NCBI GenBank assembly: GCA_964463005.1
Contig: CAYWZZ010000004.1
Span: 2,589 to 66,588 of the forward strand
Length of the DNA stretch: 64,000 nt
From: an uncultured Candidatus Bathyarchaeia archaeon
GTDB lineage: Archaea > Thermoproteota > CALKCG01 > B24
Direction: 5' to 3'
The notes under the pieces were generated by a model, which saw nothing but the letters and a program-made list of their open reading frames with translations, did not search any database and was not told where the DNA came from. This document shows, piece by piece, positions 32,029-40,369 of the stretch (positions are counted from its first letter, which is position 1; every line of letters begins with the position of its first letter). The translations under genes and the position numbers were made by a program.

Positions 32029-32376
32029 CTATGTAAGTTTAAATTTCTCAATGTTCTCTTTAATCCTCTTCCAGTCCACGACTCTAGTAACGATTACCTT
32101 GAGGTGTTCTTTCATGAGCTTCATAGCGACTTCGCTTCCAAGTCTACTATTGTTCCAGGTTACAAATGGCGGGTAAAACATAGCCTCCTTAAACACGGGA
32201 GCACCATCTTTAATATCAAATTTTATGTATCCGAGCTCTCTCAGGTAACATGAATCATTCGGACATAGAATATCTATTTCCTTCATTTCCATTTTCAGGA
32301 AGAGTAGTTTAAACTCCTGTGGATTTACAATAACCCTTCCACATGGACATTGAAGAGTTTGATTCTGTTCGCCCAC
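32029..32376 (-). CDS. Conserved archaeal hypothetical protein (CPCG...CPN..C Zn motif)
   Basis: GTG at 32376 with GGTGA SD, four Cys, FYPPFVTWN. Confidence 0.6.
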   Translation of the reverse strand: MGEQNQTLQCPCGRVIVNPQEFKLLFLKMEMKEIDILCPNDSCYLRELGYIKFDIKDGAPVFKEAMFYPPFVTWNNSRLGSEVAMKLMKEHLKVIVTRVVDWKRIKENIEKFKLT

Positions 32377-32482
32377 AAACTCACCAAAGAAAAGAATATT
32401 CACACTTTAAGTTAAAGTTTTTCCTATAAACCCGAACTAAGACGATTATTATTTATAAACTTCTTATGAAGTATTCTTATAG

Positions 32483-33634
32483 ATGGGAATGAAGTGTACG
32501 ATTTTAGAGTTGATCTTCGGAGTGGTGGCCTTAGACGACAAGATGAACGTTGTAGATTACATACTTTTCCCGAAAAACCCAGTGGATTTAGCAGAGAAGC
32601 TATACATTATGGAGACGGGAGGGGTTTTAGACGATCTGATAGAGCTTGTCAGTAGACTTAAAAGTAGGGGATTTAAATACTTTGTATTTGAGCGTGAATC
32701 GTCATCTCGTCTTATAAGGGAGCGTCTAAACGTAGATACGGTCGTCGAAAGCCCAAGCAGTCTGGGGAGAATTGTTAGAAAAGACTTATCGTCTAAAGCC
32801 TTAGAACTTGGGTTTGCGAAAAGCAGGAGTGAGTATTTAGAGGTCGTTCAAAAAGCCTTAGACTCACTGGCTAGGAGAGGCATAAGAGAACGTAGTAGTA
32901 AAGGAGACATGTATATAATCCAGGCAGTACATGCACTAGAAGAACTTGATAAAACGATAAACTTATTCTATGGGCGGTTACGAGAGTGGTATGGGCTATA
33001 TTTATCAGAGCTCAGTGATGCTGTAGAAACCCCTGAGGAGTATTTCAAAATAGTGGCTGAAATAGGTTGGAAGGAAGAAATCAACAGCGAAAACTTATCT
33101 AAAATCGGTATAAGTAAAAAGACTACTTCAGCTGTTCTTGAAGCTTTGAAAACGTCCATAGGTGTGGAGATGGATAAGCGGGACCTTGAAGAAATACGTG
33201 TAATGGCTTCGACCGTTTTAAAGCTCATAAGCCTTAGAGAGAGGTTGGAGAAATATATAGAGGAGAGGATTAAAGAGGTTTCTCCAAATCTTTACACACT
33301 GGTGGGGCCAATTCTTGCGGCTAAACTCATAGCCCAAGCGGGAGGACTGGAAGCTTTATCTAAGATGCCGTCAAGCACGATTCAGGTGTTGGGAGCTGAA
33401 AAAGCTTTATTTAGAGCATTAAGAACTGGTGGGAAGCCTCCTAAGCATGGACTTATATTTCAACACCCAATTATAAGACAAAGCCCTAAGAAACTTAGGG
33501 GTAAAATATCCAGGGTGTTAGCGGCTAAACTATCTATAGCAGCTAGGATAGACGCATTCACAGGTAAATACATGGGAGATAAACTTAAGGAGGACCTTAA
33601 TAGGAGGATTGAAGAGATTCTAAAGCAAACTTAA
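32483..33634 (+). CDS. nop5: C/D box RNP protein Nop5 (Nop56/58)
   Basis: RLREWYG, MPSSTIQVLGAEKALFR, PPKHGLIFQ, RGKISR.LAAK..IAAR.D. Confidence 0.95.
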   Translation: MGMKCTILELIFGVVALDDKMNVVDYILFPKNPVDLAEKLYIMETGGVLDDLIELVSRLKSRGFKYFVFERESSSRLIRERLNVDTVVESPSSLGRIVRKDLSSKALELGFAKSRSEYLEVVQKALDSLARRGIRERSSKGDMYIIQAVHALEELDKTINLFYGRLREWYGLYLSELSDAVETPEEYFKIVAEIGWKEEINSENLSKIGISKKTTSAVLEALKTSIGVEMDKRDLEEIRVMASTVLKLISLRERLEKYIEERIKEVSPNLYTLVGPILAAKLIAQAGGLEALSKMPSSTIQVLGAEKALFRALRTGGKPPKHGLIFQHPIIRQSPKKLRGKISRVLAAKLSIAARIDAFTGKYMGDKLKEDLNRRIEEILKQT

Positions 33635-33700
33635 CAGATTTAGAGAGCGACGAAGTGGGGAAGGTTCTGAGTTAAGTGTGGATTCGGTTTTCATTTCTAT

Positions 33701-33815
33701 TTAATCCTCCCCTCCGATTAACTCATTAAGGGCTTTAGGCTGTATAGTAGCTATAAGTGTATGAACTCAACAGCGATTCATCCCCTCTAATTGAAGTTAG
33801 GTTTTTCTTAGAATC
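33701..33815 (+). mobile_element. Degenerate IS200/IS605-like end sequences
   Basis: atcctcccctcc...gggcttt and gcgattcatcccctc...ggtttttct resemble repeat B and IS605 termini. Heavily decayed. Confidence 0.3.
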
Positions 33816-33839
33816 TCCGCAATTTAAGACGTTTGAGGA

Positions 33840-34028
33840 CTAGCTTTTCCTAAGCCTATTTATGCTTCGATTACGCCAGGAAAAGTCTAAGAGTTTTTTA
33901 GAAGCACCGAAGCCGCATGCAGCACATTTACGACTTTTAACATTATAGGATCTGCGTCCACATCTTCTACAGCGTATGTGTAGCGTTTCCCTACCGTATT
34001 TACCCATAGAGGGGGTTCCTTTAACCAC
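33840..34028 (-). CDS. rpl37e: 50S ribosomal protein L37e
   Basis: KGTPSMGK, HIRCRRCGRRSY...CAACGFG. Confidence 0.97.
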   Translation of the reverse strand: MVKGTPSMGKYGRETLHIRCRRCGRRSYNVKSRKCAACGFGASKKLLDFSWRNRSINRLRKS

Positions 34029-34038
34029 TGCTACTCAC

Positions 34039-34263
34039 CTAGCCTGCTGGGGATATTATCACCACATTGTCTCCTCTAAGTATTATGGGGCCTAAACTCT
34101 TTACTTCACCATTAGATAGGACTTCTTCGGCATCTTCTAGAAAGAGGTTCATGTGCTGATCGTAGCCTTCAAGACGCCCTCTAATTCTTTTATCGCCTTT
34201 AAGTTTAACCAGCACTATTTTACCTAAGCTATTTTCAAGAAGCTTTATAGCCATGTCGGACAT
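34039..34263 (-). CDS. Sm-like (LSm) archaeal protein SmAP1
   Basis: G.L.GYDQHMNL.L.DAEE, LRGDNV. Conserved linkage to rpl37e. Confidence 0.95.
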   Translation of the reverse strand: MSDMAIKLLENSLGKIVLVKLKGDKRIRGRLEGYDQHMNLFLEDAEEVLSNGEVKSLGPIILRGDNVVIISPAG

Positions 34264-34341
34264 GTAAAAGCCACCAGTCAGTGAAGACTACTGAGAATCT
34301 ATAATATTAACCTTTTCCAAAGAATTGGATATATGGCCTTT

Positions 34342-34779
34342 TTAAACTGTAGACTGCATCTTGGATAATATCATTCTAAGGCTATGTGTAATGTCGTAGT
34401 TTAGGACTTCAGATTCTTCGACCCATAAGGTATCGGCAACCTCTTCTGAGGGTTTAACCGAAGGAGTGCCGTTAACGTGCGCTAGAAAACATATCAGTAT
34501 ATAATGGAAACGTATAGCGCCTCTCTCATCCACTTCGATATAATCTACAACGTTTAAAAGTTTATCGAGCTCAACCTTCAACCCGGTCTCTTCATAAACT
34601 TCTCTCAAAGCCGCTTCACGTACAGTTTCACCAAGCTCTATTAAACCACCGGGAATAGACCACTTACCTGAACATGGGTCAAATCGACGTTTAATCAATA
34701 GGACTTTACTTCCAGATTTAATCAAAACCGATACTACCGCAACTGGTCTAATCGGATATTCTCTATAGTTTAAGGTCAT
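34342..34779 (-). CDS. Nudix hydrolase
   Basis: PGG.IELGET..EAALREV.EETGL Nudix box. Confidence 0.9.
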   Translation of the reverse strand: MTLNYREYPIRPVAVVSVLIKSGSKVLLIKRRFDPCSGKWSIPGGLIELGETVREAALREVYEETGLKVELDKLLNVVDYIEVDERGAIRFHYILICFLAHVNGTPSVKPSEEVADTLWVEESEVLNYDITHSLRMILSKMQSTV

Positions 34780-34825
34780 TTTTCATAACCACAATACTAT
34801 AGGTTTTGTCCGGGGGAAAAGTTTA

Positions 34826-36176
34826 ATGTATTCAAGACCCCACTTATTAATGGTGCATGTATTGGCGAGATTTTACGCAGATCTACATTTACATAGCCGA
34901 TATTCGGCGGCAACGAGTAGGGAGATGACGATTGAGGAAATAGATTTTTACGCCGCTATGAAGGGGCTTAATATAGTTGGTACTGGAGACGCTCTACATG
35001 GCTCTTGGCTTAAAGAACTTAAAAGTAAACTTGTTGAGTTAAATGGTTCTGGACTCTACAAGAGTAGTAAAGGCAGTGGTCTAACGCTCTTTATAGTTCA
35101 AACAGAGGTCGCTACCATTCACGAGTACAGAGGGAAAGCTAGAAGAGTACATCATGTCATAATAATGCCGAACATAGAAACGGCTGAAGAAGTTAGAGAA
35201 AGACTGGGAAAATACGGAGAATTGGATGCAGACGGTAGACCGCTACTTTCAATTAAACCAGCTGAGCTCGTTGAAATACTTATGGAGATCAATATAGATA
35301 TCGTTATTTTTCCAGCTCATGCTTGGACACCATGGTGGGGTATATTCGGTTCTATGAGCGGGGTCGATAAAATGGAGGAGTGTTATGAGGATATGACTAA
35401 GTACATCAATGCTCTTGAAACTGGTTTAAGCTCAGACCCTCCTATGAATTGGAGAATTTCAGCTTTAGATAGGTATACTCTTTTAAGTTTCTCCGATTCT
35501 CATAGCCCTTATCCGTATAGGTTAGGTAGGGAGGCCACCGTCTTCAATTTAAAAGAAGGCACATATAGGGAAATAGCTGAGGCGATTAAGAATAAAGACA
35601 CTACGAAAATATTGATGACAGTTGAAGTCGACCCGGCCTACGGGAAAGGCTTTAAAACCCCCGATGTACCATTGGTCGGGTCATAGGAAGTGTAATGTAG
35701 GACCCCTATCACCTGAAGAAGCATCTAAAATAAACTATAGATGCCCTGTTTGTGGAAAAACTCTTACGAAAGGTGTTGAAAGTAGGATTGAAGAGTTGGC
35801 TGATAGGCCTAGAGGGTTTAAACCTCCAAACGCTATACCATATGTTTCAACCTTACCATTACATGAGCTCATAGCGCTATCCTACGGTTTAGACCCATCA
35901 TACGAGGGGGTTTTATCCGTTAAAAAGGTTTGGGAGAGCTATAGAAGCTTAACTTCTAAACTTGGAGGGGAATACTTTATTCTACTAGAGGCTTCACGTG
36001 AAGATATTTTAAAGGCCACGGGTGATGCTAAATTAGCCGAGCTTATAATGGCTCAGAGGACAGGTTCTTTGAAGATAAGACCCGGTTTCGACGGAGTTTA
36101 TGGTAAACCTATACTTAAACCAGATGAAGATGAAAAGTTGGGGAGAACGCCGAAAAGACTTGAAGATTTTCTATGA
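34826..36176 (+). CDS. endoQ: Endonuclease Q family protein (PHP domain + Zn finger), join(34826..35646,35666..36176), 443 aa after removing a 19-nt BHB intron
   Basis: ADLHLHSRYS.ATS, GTGD..H, PAH.WTPW, ETGLSSD..MN, SDSHS..P.RLGRE. Spliced junction gives DPAYGKYHW.GHR.C, then CP.CGK.LT.GV..R, PG.DG.YG. Confidence 0.85.
35647..35665 (+). other. Putative 19-nt bulge-helix-bulge mRNA intron (aggctttaaaacccccgat)
   Basis: Central helix CGGG 35641-44 / CCCG 35660-63, 3-nt bulges AA^A and AU^G, flanking GG/CC and UA/UA pairs, outer exon stem 35630-38 / 35674-82. Confidence 0.85.
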
Positions 36177-36222
36177 GAACGCTTATTATACTGCCTTTAG
36201 CATTTTCTCTCTTAAGGGTGGA

Positions 36223-37953
36223 TTGACTCTAGAGTTTGAAATAAAAGATAGGGATGCTGGAGCTAGACTTGGAAAGTTTAAAGTTAAAGGGAAGGTAGTT
36301 GAAACTCCTCTCTTCCTACCAGTCTATAATCCCAATATACCGATCATAACCCCTAATGAGATGAAGGAGAAGTATGGCTTTAAAGCTATTATGACAAACG
36401 CCTACATAATCTATAAAAATGAAGTTTTAAGAGAGAAGGCTCTTAAGAATGGCATACATGGCCTCTTAAACTTTGATGGGGTAGTATTCACTGATTCAGG
36501 TGCATACCAGAGTTTTAGAGGTAAATTAGAACTGAGGCAAGAAGAGATAGTCAAATTTCAAGAGAATATAGGTGTCGATGTAGGAGTGATGTTGGATGTG
36601 CCATCACGTGGTGAGAGCTTTGAAGAATGTAGAGAAAGCGTCATAGAAACCGCTAAGAGGGGGGAAGAATGGTCTACCCTAAGATCTAGGGGGGAGACTG
36701 CCTGGGAAGGTGTTATACAGGGTGGAGCTTATCCCGAGCTTTTAGAATTATCATGTAAACTCATGTCTAAATTTGACTTCGACATATTTGCCGTTGGAGT
36801 ACCTCCGAAATATTGGATGAGCTACGATTTCGAGCTTATAACCATTCAAGGATTAAACAGCAGGATGAACATCTCCCCTGAGAAACCCCTACACGCATTT
36901 GGAATGGGTAATCCATTAGTACTATCCCTACTAGTAGCTATAGGTTATGACGTATTTGATTCTGCTAGCTACGCCATTTATGCTAAGGATGGAAGATATA
37001 TGACTGAGTGGGGTGTCAAACGAATTGAAGAATTAGACTACTTGCCGTGTGATTGCCCCATATGTTTAAGCATAAACGTCGGTGAACTCAAGATTATGGC
37101 TAAAGAAGAGCGTGTGAAATTCTTAGCAAGACATAACCTTTACATGATACTTAGGGAAATGAACGCTATAAAACAGGCTATAAGGGAGAATAGGTTATGG
37201 GAGCTTGTTCAACAGAGAGCGAGGGCTCATCCTAAGTTACTGGAGTCTCTCGTAAGAGTCTTTAAAGATGGCTGGAATTATTTCAAAGCAGTAGATCCAA
37301 TAAGGAAGAGGGCTGCTCTCTTCTACTCAGGCGAAGAAATAACTCTGAGGCCTGAGCTTAGAAGAGCATTAGAGAGGGTTAAGGAAAGACTTGGATGCGA
37401 TAGAATACCATCGGCTTTATCTGAGACGTATCCATTTGGACAGAGTATTCTTAAAAGTGGGATTTTAAACTTCGACGGAAAAAGTTACGATGATCTTGAG
37501 AAGATCAGGATAATAGCGGACTACCAATTCGGATCAGAGGTTGGGTTAAAGCTCATACCTGAAGACGTCTTCATAGAGAAAAGTAAGCGTACTGGTAGGA
37601 TCAGACGCATATGGATTGGTGACGTTCTTATAGGAGCTTTAAGGCCTAGTGATGGCTTTATAAGTTTAAGCTTGGAGGGGGCTCTTAGGCTTAAGAAGAT
37701 TCTGCAACCTCCAAAGTATAGGGTTTACGTGTCTGGAAACGATAAACTCATCCAAATGGTTAAATCTGGAGGCGACGTTTTCTCAAGATTTGTAACTAAG
37801 TGTGACTTAGAAATAGTGCCGAAGGAGGAGGTTATAGTTGTAGACCAGAACGATTCTCTATTGGCTATAGGCCAAGCTGTTCTAGCTGGTTTTGAAATGG
37901 GTAGGTTTAGAAGAGGGGTCGCCGTTAAAGTTAGAAAGGGGGTTGAAGAGTGA
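36223..37953 (+). CDS. tgtA: Archaeosine tRNA-guanine(15) transglycosylase with PUA domain
   Basis: FEIK.RD...RLG, TDSGAYQ, LD.P, QGG, FDSASY, CDCP.C...HNL, C-terminal PUA. TTG at 36223 after GGGTGG. Confidence 0.92.
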   Translation: MTLEFEIKDRDAGARLGKFKVKGKVVETPLFLPVYNPNIPIITPNEMKEKYGFKAIMTNAYIIYKNEVLREKALKNGIHGLLNFDGVVFTDSGAYQSFRGKLELRQEEIVKFQENIGVDVGVMLDVPSRGESFEECRESVIETAKRGEEWSTLRSRGETAWEGVIQGGAYPELLELSCKLMSKFDFDIFAVGVPPKYWMSYDFELITIQGLNSRMNISPEKPLHAFGMGNPLVLSLLVAIGYDVFDSASYAIYAKDGRYMTEWGVKRIEELDYLPCDCPICLSINVGELKIMAKEERVKFLARHNLYMILREMNAIKQAIRENRLWELVQQRARAHPKLLESLVRVFKDGWNYFKAVDPIRKRAALFYSGEEITLRPELRRALERVKERLGCDRIPSALSETYPFGQSILKSGILNFDGKSYDDLEKIRIIADYQFGSEVGLKLIPEDVFIEKSKRTGRIRRIWIGDVLIGALRPSDGFISLSLEGALRLKKILQPPKYRVYVSGNDKLIQMVKSGGDVFSRFVTKCDLEIVPKEEVIVVDQNDSLLAIGQAVLAGFEMGRFRRGVAVKVRKGVEE

Positions 37954-38651
37954 ATATTAGAAGCTTCGTTAGATTTTTCGATGAACCTAAGCTTGAAAAC
38001 CCAATACTCGTAGAAGGCCTTCCAGGAATAGGTTTAGTCGCCAGTTTAGCAACACACTATATTATAGAGAAATTTAACGCCAAAAAATTTTGCGATATTA
38101 AATCGCCTTTTTTCAAACCCTTAGCCGTCATGGGTAGAGATGGGTACTTAAGACATCCGATAAACAGCCTATACTATGTTAAAACATCTCCCGAAGCTGG
38201 AAGAGATATCATTGTGCTATTTGGAAACAGTCAAGCAACTACGTTTATAGGTCAGAATGAGTTGGCTGAAACGATTCTCGATTTAGTCTTTAAATTTAAA
38301 TGTGAAACAGTTGTAACGCTTGGCGGGTTTTCAACGCCAACGCCTTCAACTCCACCTAAAATCTACTATGCGACAAACCATTCAGAGTATGCTTCGATGT
38401 TTAAGAGTATGGGCTTAAAGGAGTTATCTGGACGGGTATATGGAATGGCTGGAGTATTAGCTGGCTTAGCTAAATTTAAAGGCATGCGAGGCGTCTGCCT
38501 ACTTGGAGAAGTTAGAAGCGGAGAGATGGGTTTAGATGCAACGAGAGAAGTTTTGAAGGTGTTAAGCGTTTTCCTAAACCTCCACATAGATTTAACTGAT
38601 TTAGAGAGGTGTCTAGACCATTTAAGGGAGGATTTTTTAGGCTTAGTATGA
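37950..38651 (+). CDS. Proteasome assembly chaperone PAC2 family protein
   Basis: LVEGLPGIG.V, TLGG, G...G.AG.L.GLA...GM.G.CLLGE. Confidence 0.85.
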   Translation: MNIRSFVRFFDEPKLENPILVEGLPGIGLVASLATHYIIEKFNAKKFCDIKSPFFKPLAVMGRDGYLRHPINSLYYVKTSPEAGRDIIVLFGNSQATTFIGQNELAETILDLVFKFKCETVVTLGGFSTPTPSTPPKIYYATNHSEYASMFKSMGLKELSGRVYGMAGVLAGLAKFKGMRGVCLLGEVRSGEMGLDATREVLKVLSVFLNLHIDLTDLERCLDHLREDFLGLV

Positions 38652-38655
38652 CATT

Positions 38656-39087
38656 CTATCCCGTTGCTTCTCTAATGAACTCTTCATAAATCTTTTGAAC
38701 CCTTTCAGCGGCGGGGCCTGAACCTTCAATTACACCCTTCTCAGTGACTCTTATCTTATCCATGACGACTATTACACCTTGATCTTCATACAATTTAACA
38801 AGTCTTGGAAAAACTCTTTCAAGCCTTTCAGCTAAGTTTCTGAGGTTTAAAGGCTTCTCAGAAGTATATACTTGTGCTATGATACTTCCGTTTATTATAA
38901 GCCTATACATGACCGAGCCCTTCTCATCCCTAGCATCTCTAAGCGATAGATTCAATCTGTCTGGGTCTAACCCGGTTAGAACGCCCGTGTACTTCTTCCC
39001 ATCTATAGTGATGACTGTAACAGTCTTATTCAAGAGTGAGGTAGCCTCTTCTGCAAATCTACTCCTAGAGATTAAGCTCATCTTCAA
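38656..39087 (-). CDS. Sm-like protein with Lsm C-terminal domain (SmAP3 type)
   Basis: Sm fold (Y.G.L.G.D...LNL.L.DA) plus V.VMDKIRV.E.GV.EGSGP.AER. Confidence 0.85.
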   Translation of the reverse strand: MKMSLISRSRFAEEATSLLNKTVTVITIDGKKYTGVLTGLDPDRLNLSLRDARDEKGSVMYRLIINGSIIAQVYTSEKPLNLRNLAERLERVFPRLVKLYEDQGVIVVMDKIRVTEKGVIEGSGPAAERVQKIYEEFIREATG

Positions 39088-39254
39088 ACACCTCTTGAGA
39101 CATCTATTAGAAACATTTCGTATAAATTAAGAGTTATCTTAGTCTTTAACTCCACGAGCTTTTCACTATTTCAAAACCAATTTGAATTCTTCAATTAGAA
39201 GCGGGCTCGGATAAAATTTAAGGGTGTGAAGTAACGCAATATTACTAGATATAT

Positions 39255-39530
39255 TTGGGTAGGAGAAGAAGGAGGAAAGTTATACGGACGTTTAAGAGAA
39301 CTATACCAAAGGTTTACGTGTGTCCACAATGCGGAAAAAGGACCGTAACCGTTCAGATTGTGAAAGAAGCAAACATCGCTCATGTAGCATGTGGAACATG
39401 CAAGGTCTCCGGCGACGTTACGCTCGTAGAGGGGATGACGGCTGTAGATGCGTATTGCACATGGTTTGATGAAATAGCATCTGGAAAAAGATTAGAGGAA
39501 ATTAAGCGGGCAAGTCTAAGTCAAAGTTAA
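39255..39530 (+). CDS. elf1: Transcription elongation factor Elf1
   Basis: MGRRRR...CP.CG...CG.C...VDAY..W.D. Confidence 0.9.
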   Translation: MGRRRRRKVIRTFKRTIPKVYVCPQCGKRTVTVQIVKEANIAHVACGTCKVSGDVTLVEGMTAVDAYCTWFDEIASGKRLEEIKRASLSQS

Positions 39531-39582
39531 ATCTATCCAAGAGAAAAATTATAAGTTACGAAGATTAGGGTGAGGTATTACT

Positions 39583-40368
39583 ATGAGTATTAGATTGGGA
39601 AAGGTTGAAACGTACTTGATTAAGAGACTTGAAGAAGATGGTGCTCTACATATACCGCTCATAGACCCTGAGAACGTATCACCGGAGAAGGCTGTTGAAA
39701 TAGGTGTTACCGCTGAAAGAGGGGGGTCTGCAGCCATAATGATAGGCGGGTCGACTGTAGCATCTATTGTTAAATTGAATGAGGTGGTGAAATTCGTAAG
39801 GAAGAATGTTTCAATACCGATAATACTTTTCCCAAACAATCTTTCAGGTATAAGTCCATACGCGGATGCTATATGGTTTATGTCTCTTTTAAATTCGCTA
39901 AATCCCTATTACATAATAGGTGCTCAGGTTTTAGGTGCTTCTGCGGTTAAAGAGTACGGTTTAGAACCGCTTCCCCTAGCATATCTAATTATCGGTGACG
40001 GTGGTGCAGCGGGGTACATAGGGCAGGCTCAGCCGATACCTTACGATAAACCTGAGATAGCAGCCCTATACGCGTTAGCTGCACAGTACCTCGGCATGAG
40101 GTTTGTATACCTTGAGGCTGGGTCTGGAGCGAAAAATCCGATTCCCGTTGAAATGATCGCCCTTGTTAGGAAAACTACGAGTATTCCAATCATAGTTGGA
40201 GGTGGTTTAAAACATCCAGATGCTGTAGAAGAGAGGGTTTACGCTGGTGCGGATATAATTGTAACTGGAACGGTGATAGAAGAGTCTATGGATATTGAAA
40301 AATCGATACCACTATTCGTAGATGCTGTGAAGAGGGGTTTTTCCAGAAGATGTAAGAGGCAGATGTGA
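39583..40368 (+). CDS. Geranylgeranylglyceryl phosphate synthase
   Basis: LIDPE, IMIGGST, FMSLLNS, YLEAGSGA, VGGG, VTGT. Confidence 0.95.
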   Translation: MSIRLGKVETYLIKRLEEDGALHIPLIDPENVSPEKAVEIGVTAERGGSAAIMIGGSTVASIVKLNEVVKFVRKNVSIPIILFPNNLSGISPYADAIWFMSLLNSLNPYYIIGAQVLGASAVKEYGLEPLPLAYLIIGDGGAAGYIGQAQPIPYDKPEIAALYALAAQYLGMRFVYLEAGSGAKNPIPVEMIALVRKTTSIPIIVGGGLKHPDAVEERVYAGADIIVTGTVIEESMDIEKSIPLFVDAVKRGFSRRCKRQM

Positions 40369-40369
40369 A

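Noticed and set aside
33645-33700. C/D sRNA downstream of nop5
   Set aside because: Only a degenerate C-like box and one CUGA. No convincing second box pair or terminal stem.
35641-35670. endoQ as a simple pseudogene or a programmed ribosomal frameshift at TTTAAAA/CCCCC
   Set aside because: A +1 shift would be needed and would leave about 6 extra residues inside the conserved GKYH motif. The T-TTA-AAA heptamer is not in the upstream reading frame. The exact BHB geometry explains the insert better.
36100-36222. Long N-terminal extension of tgtA overlapping endoQ
   Set aside because: TgtA similarity begins at FEIK, and TTG 36223 has an SD-like motif.
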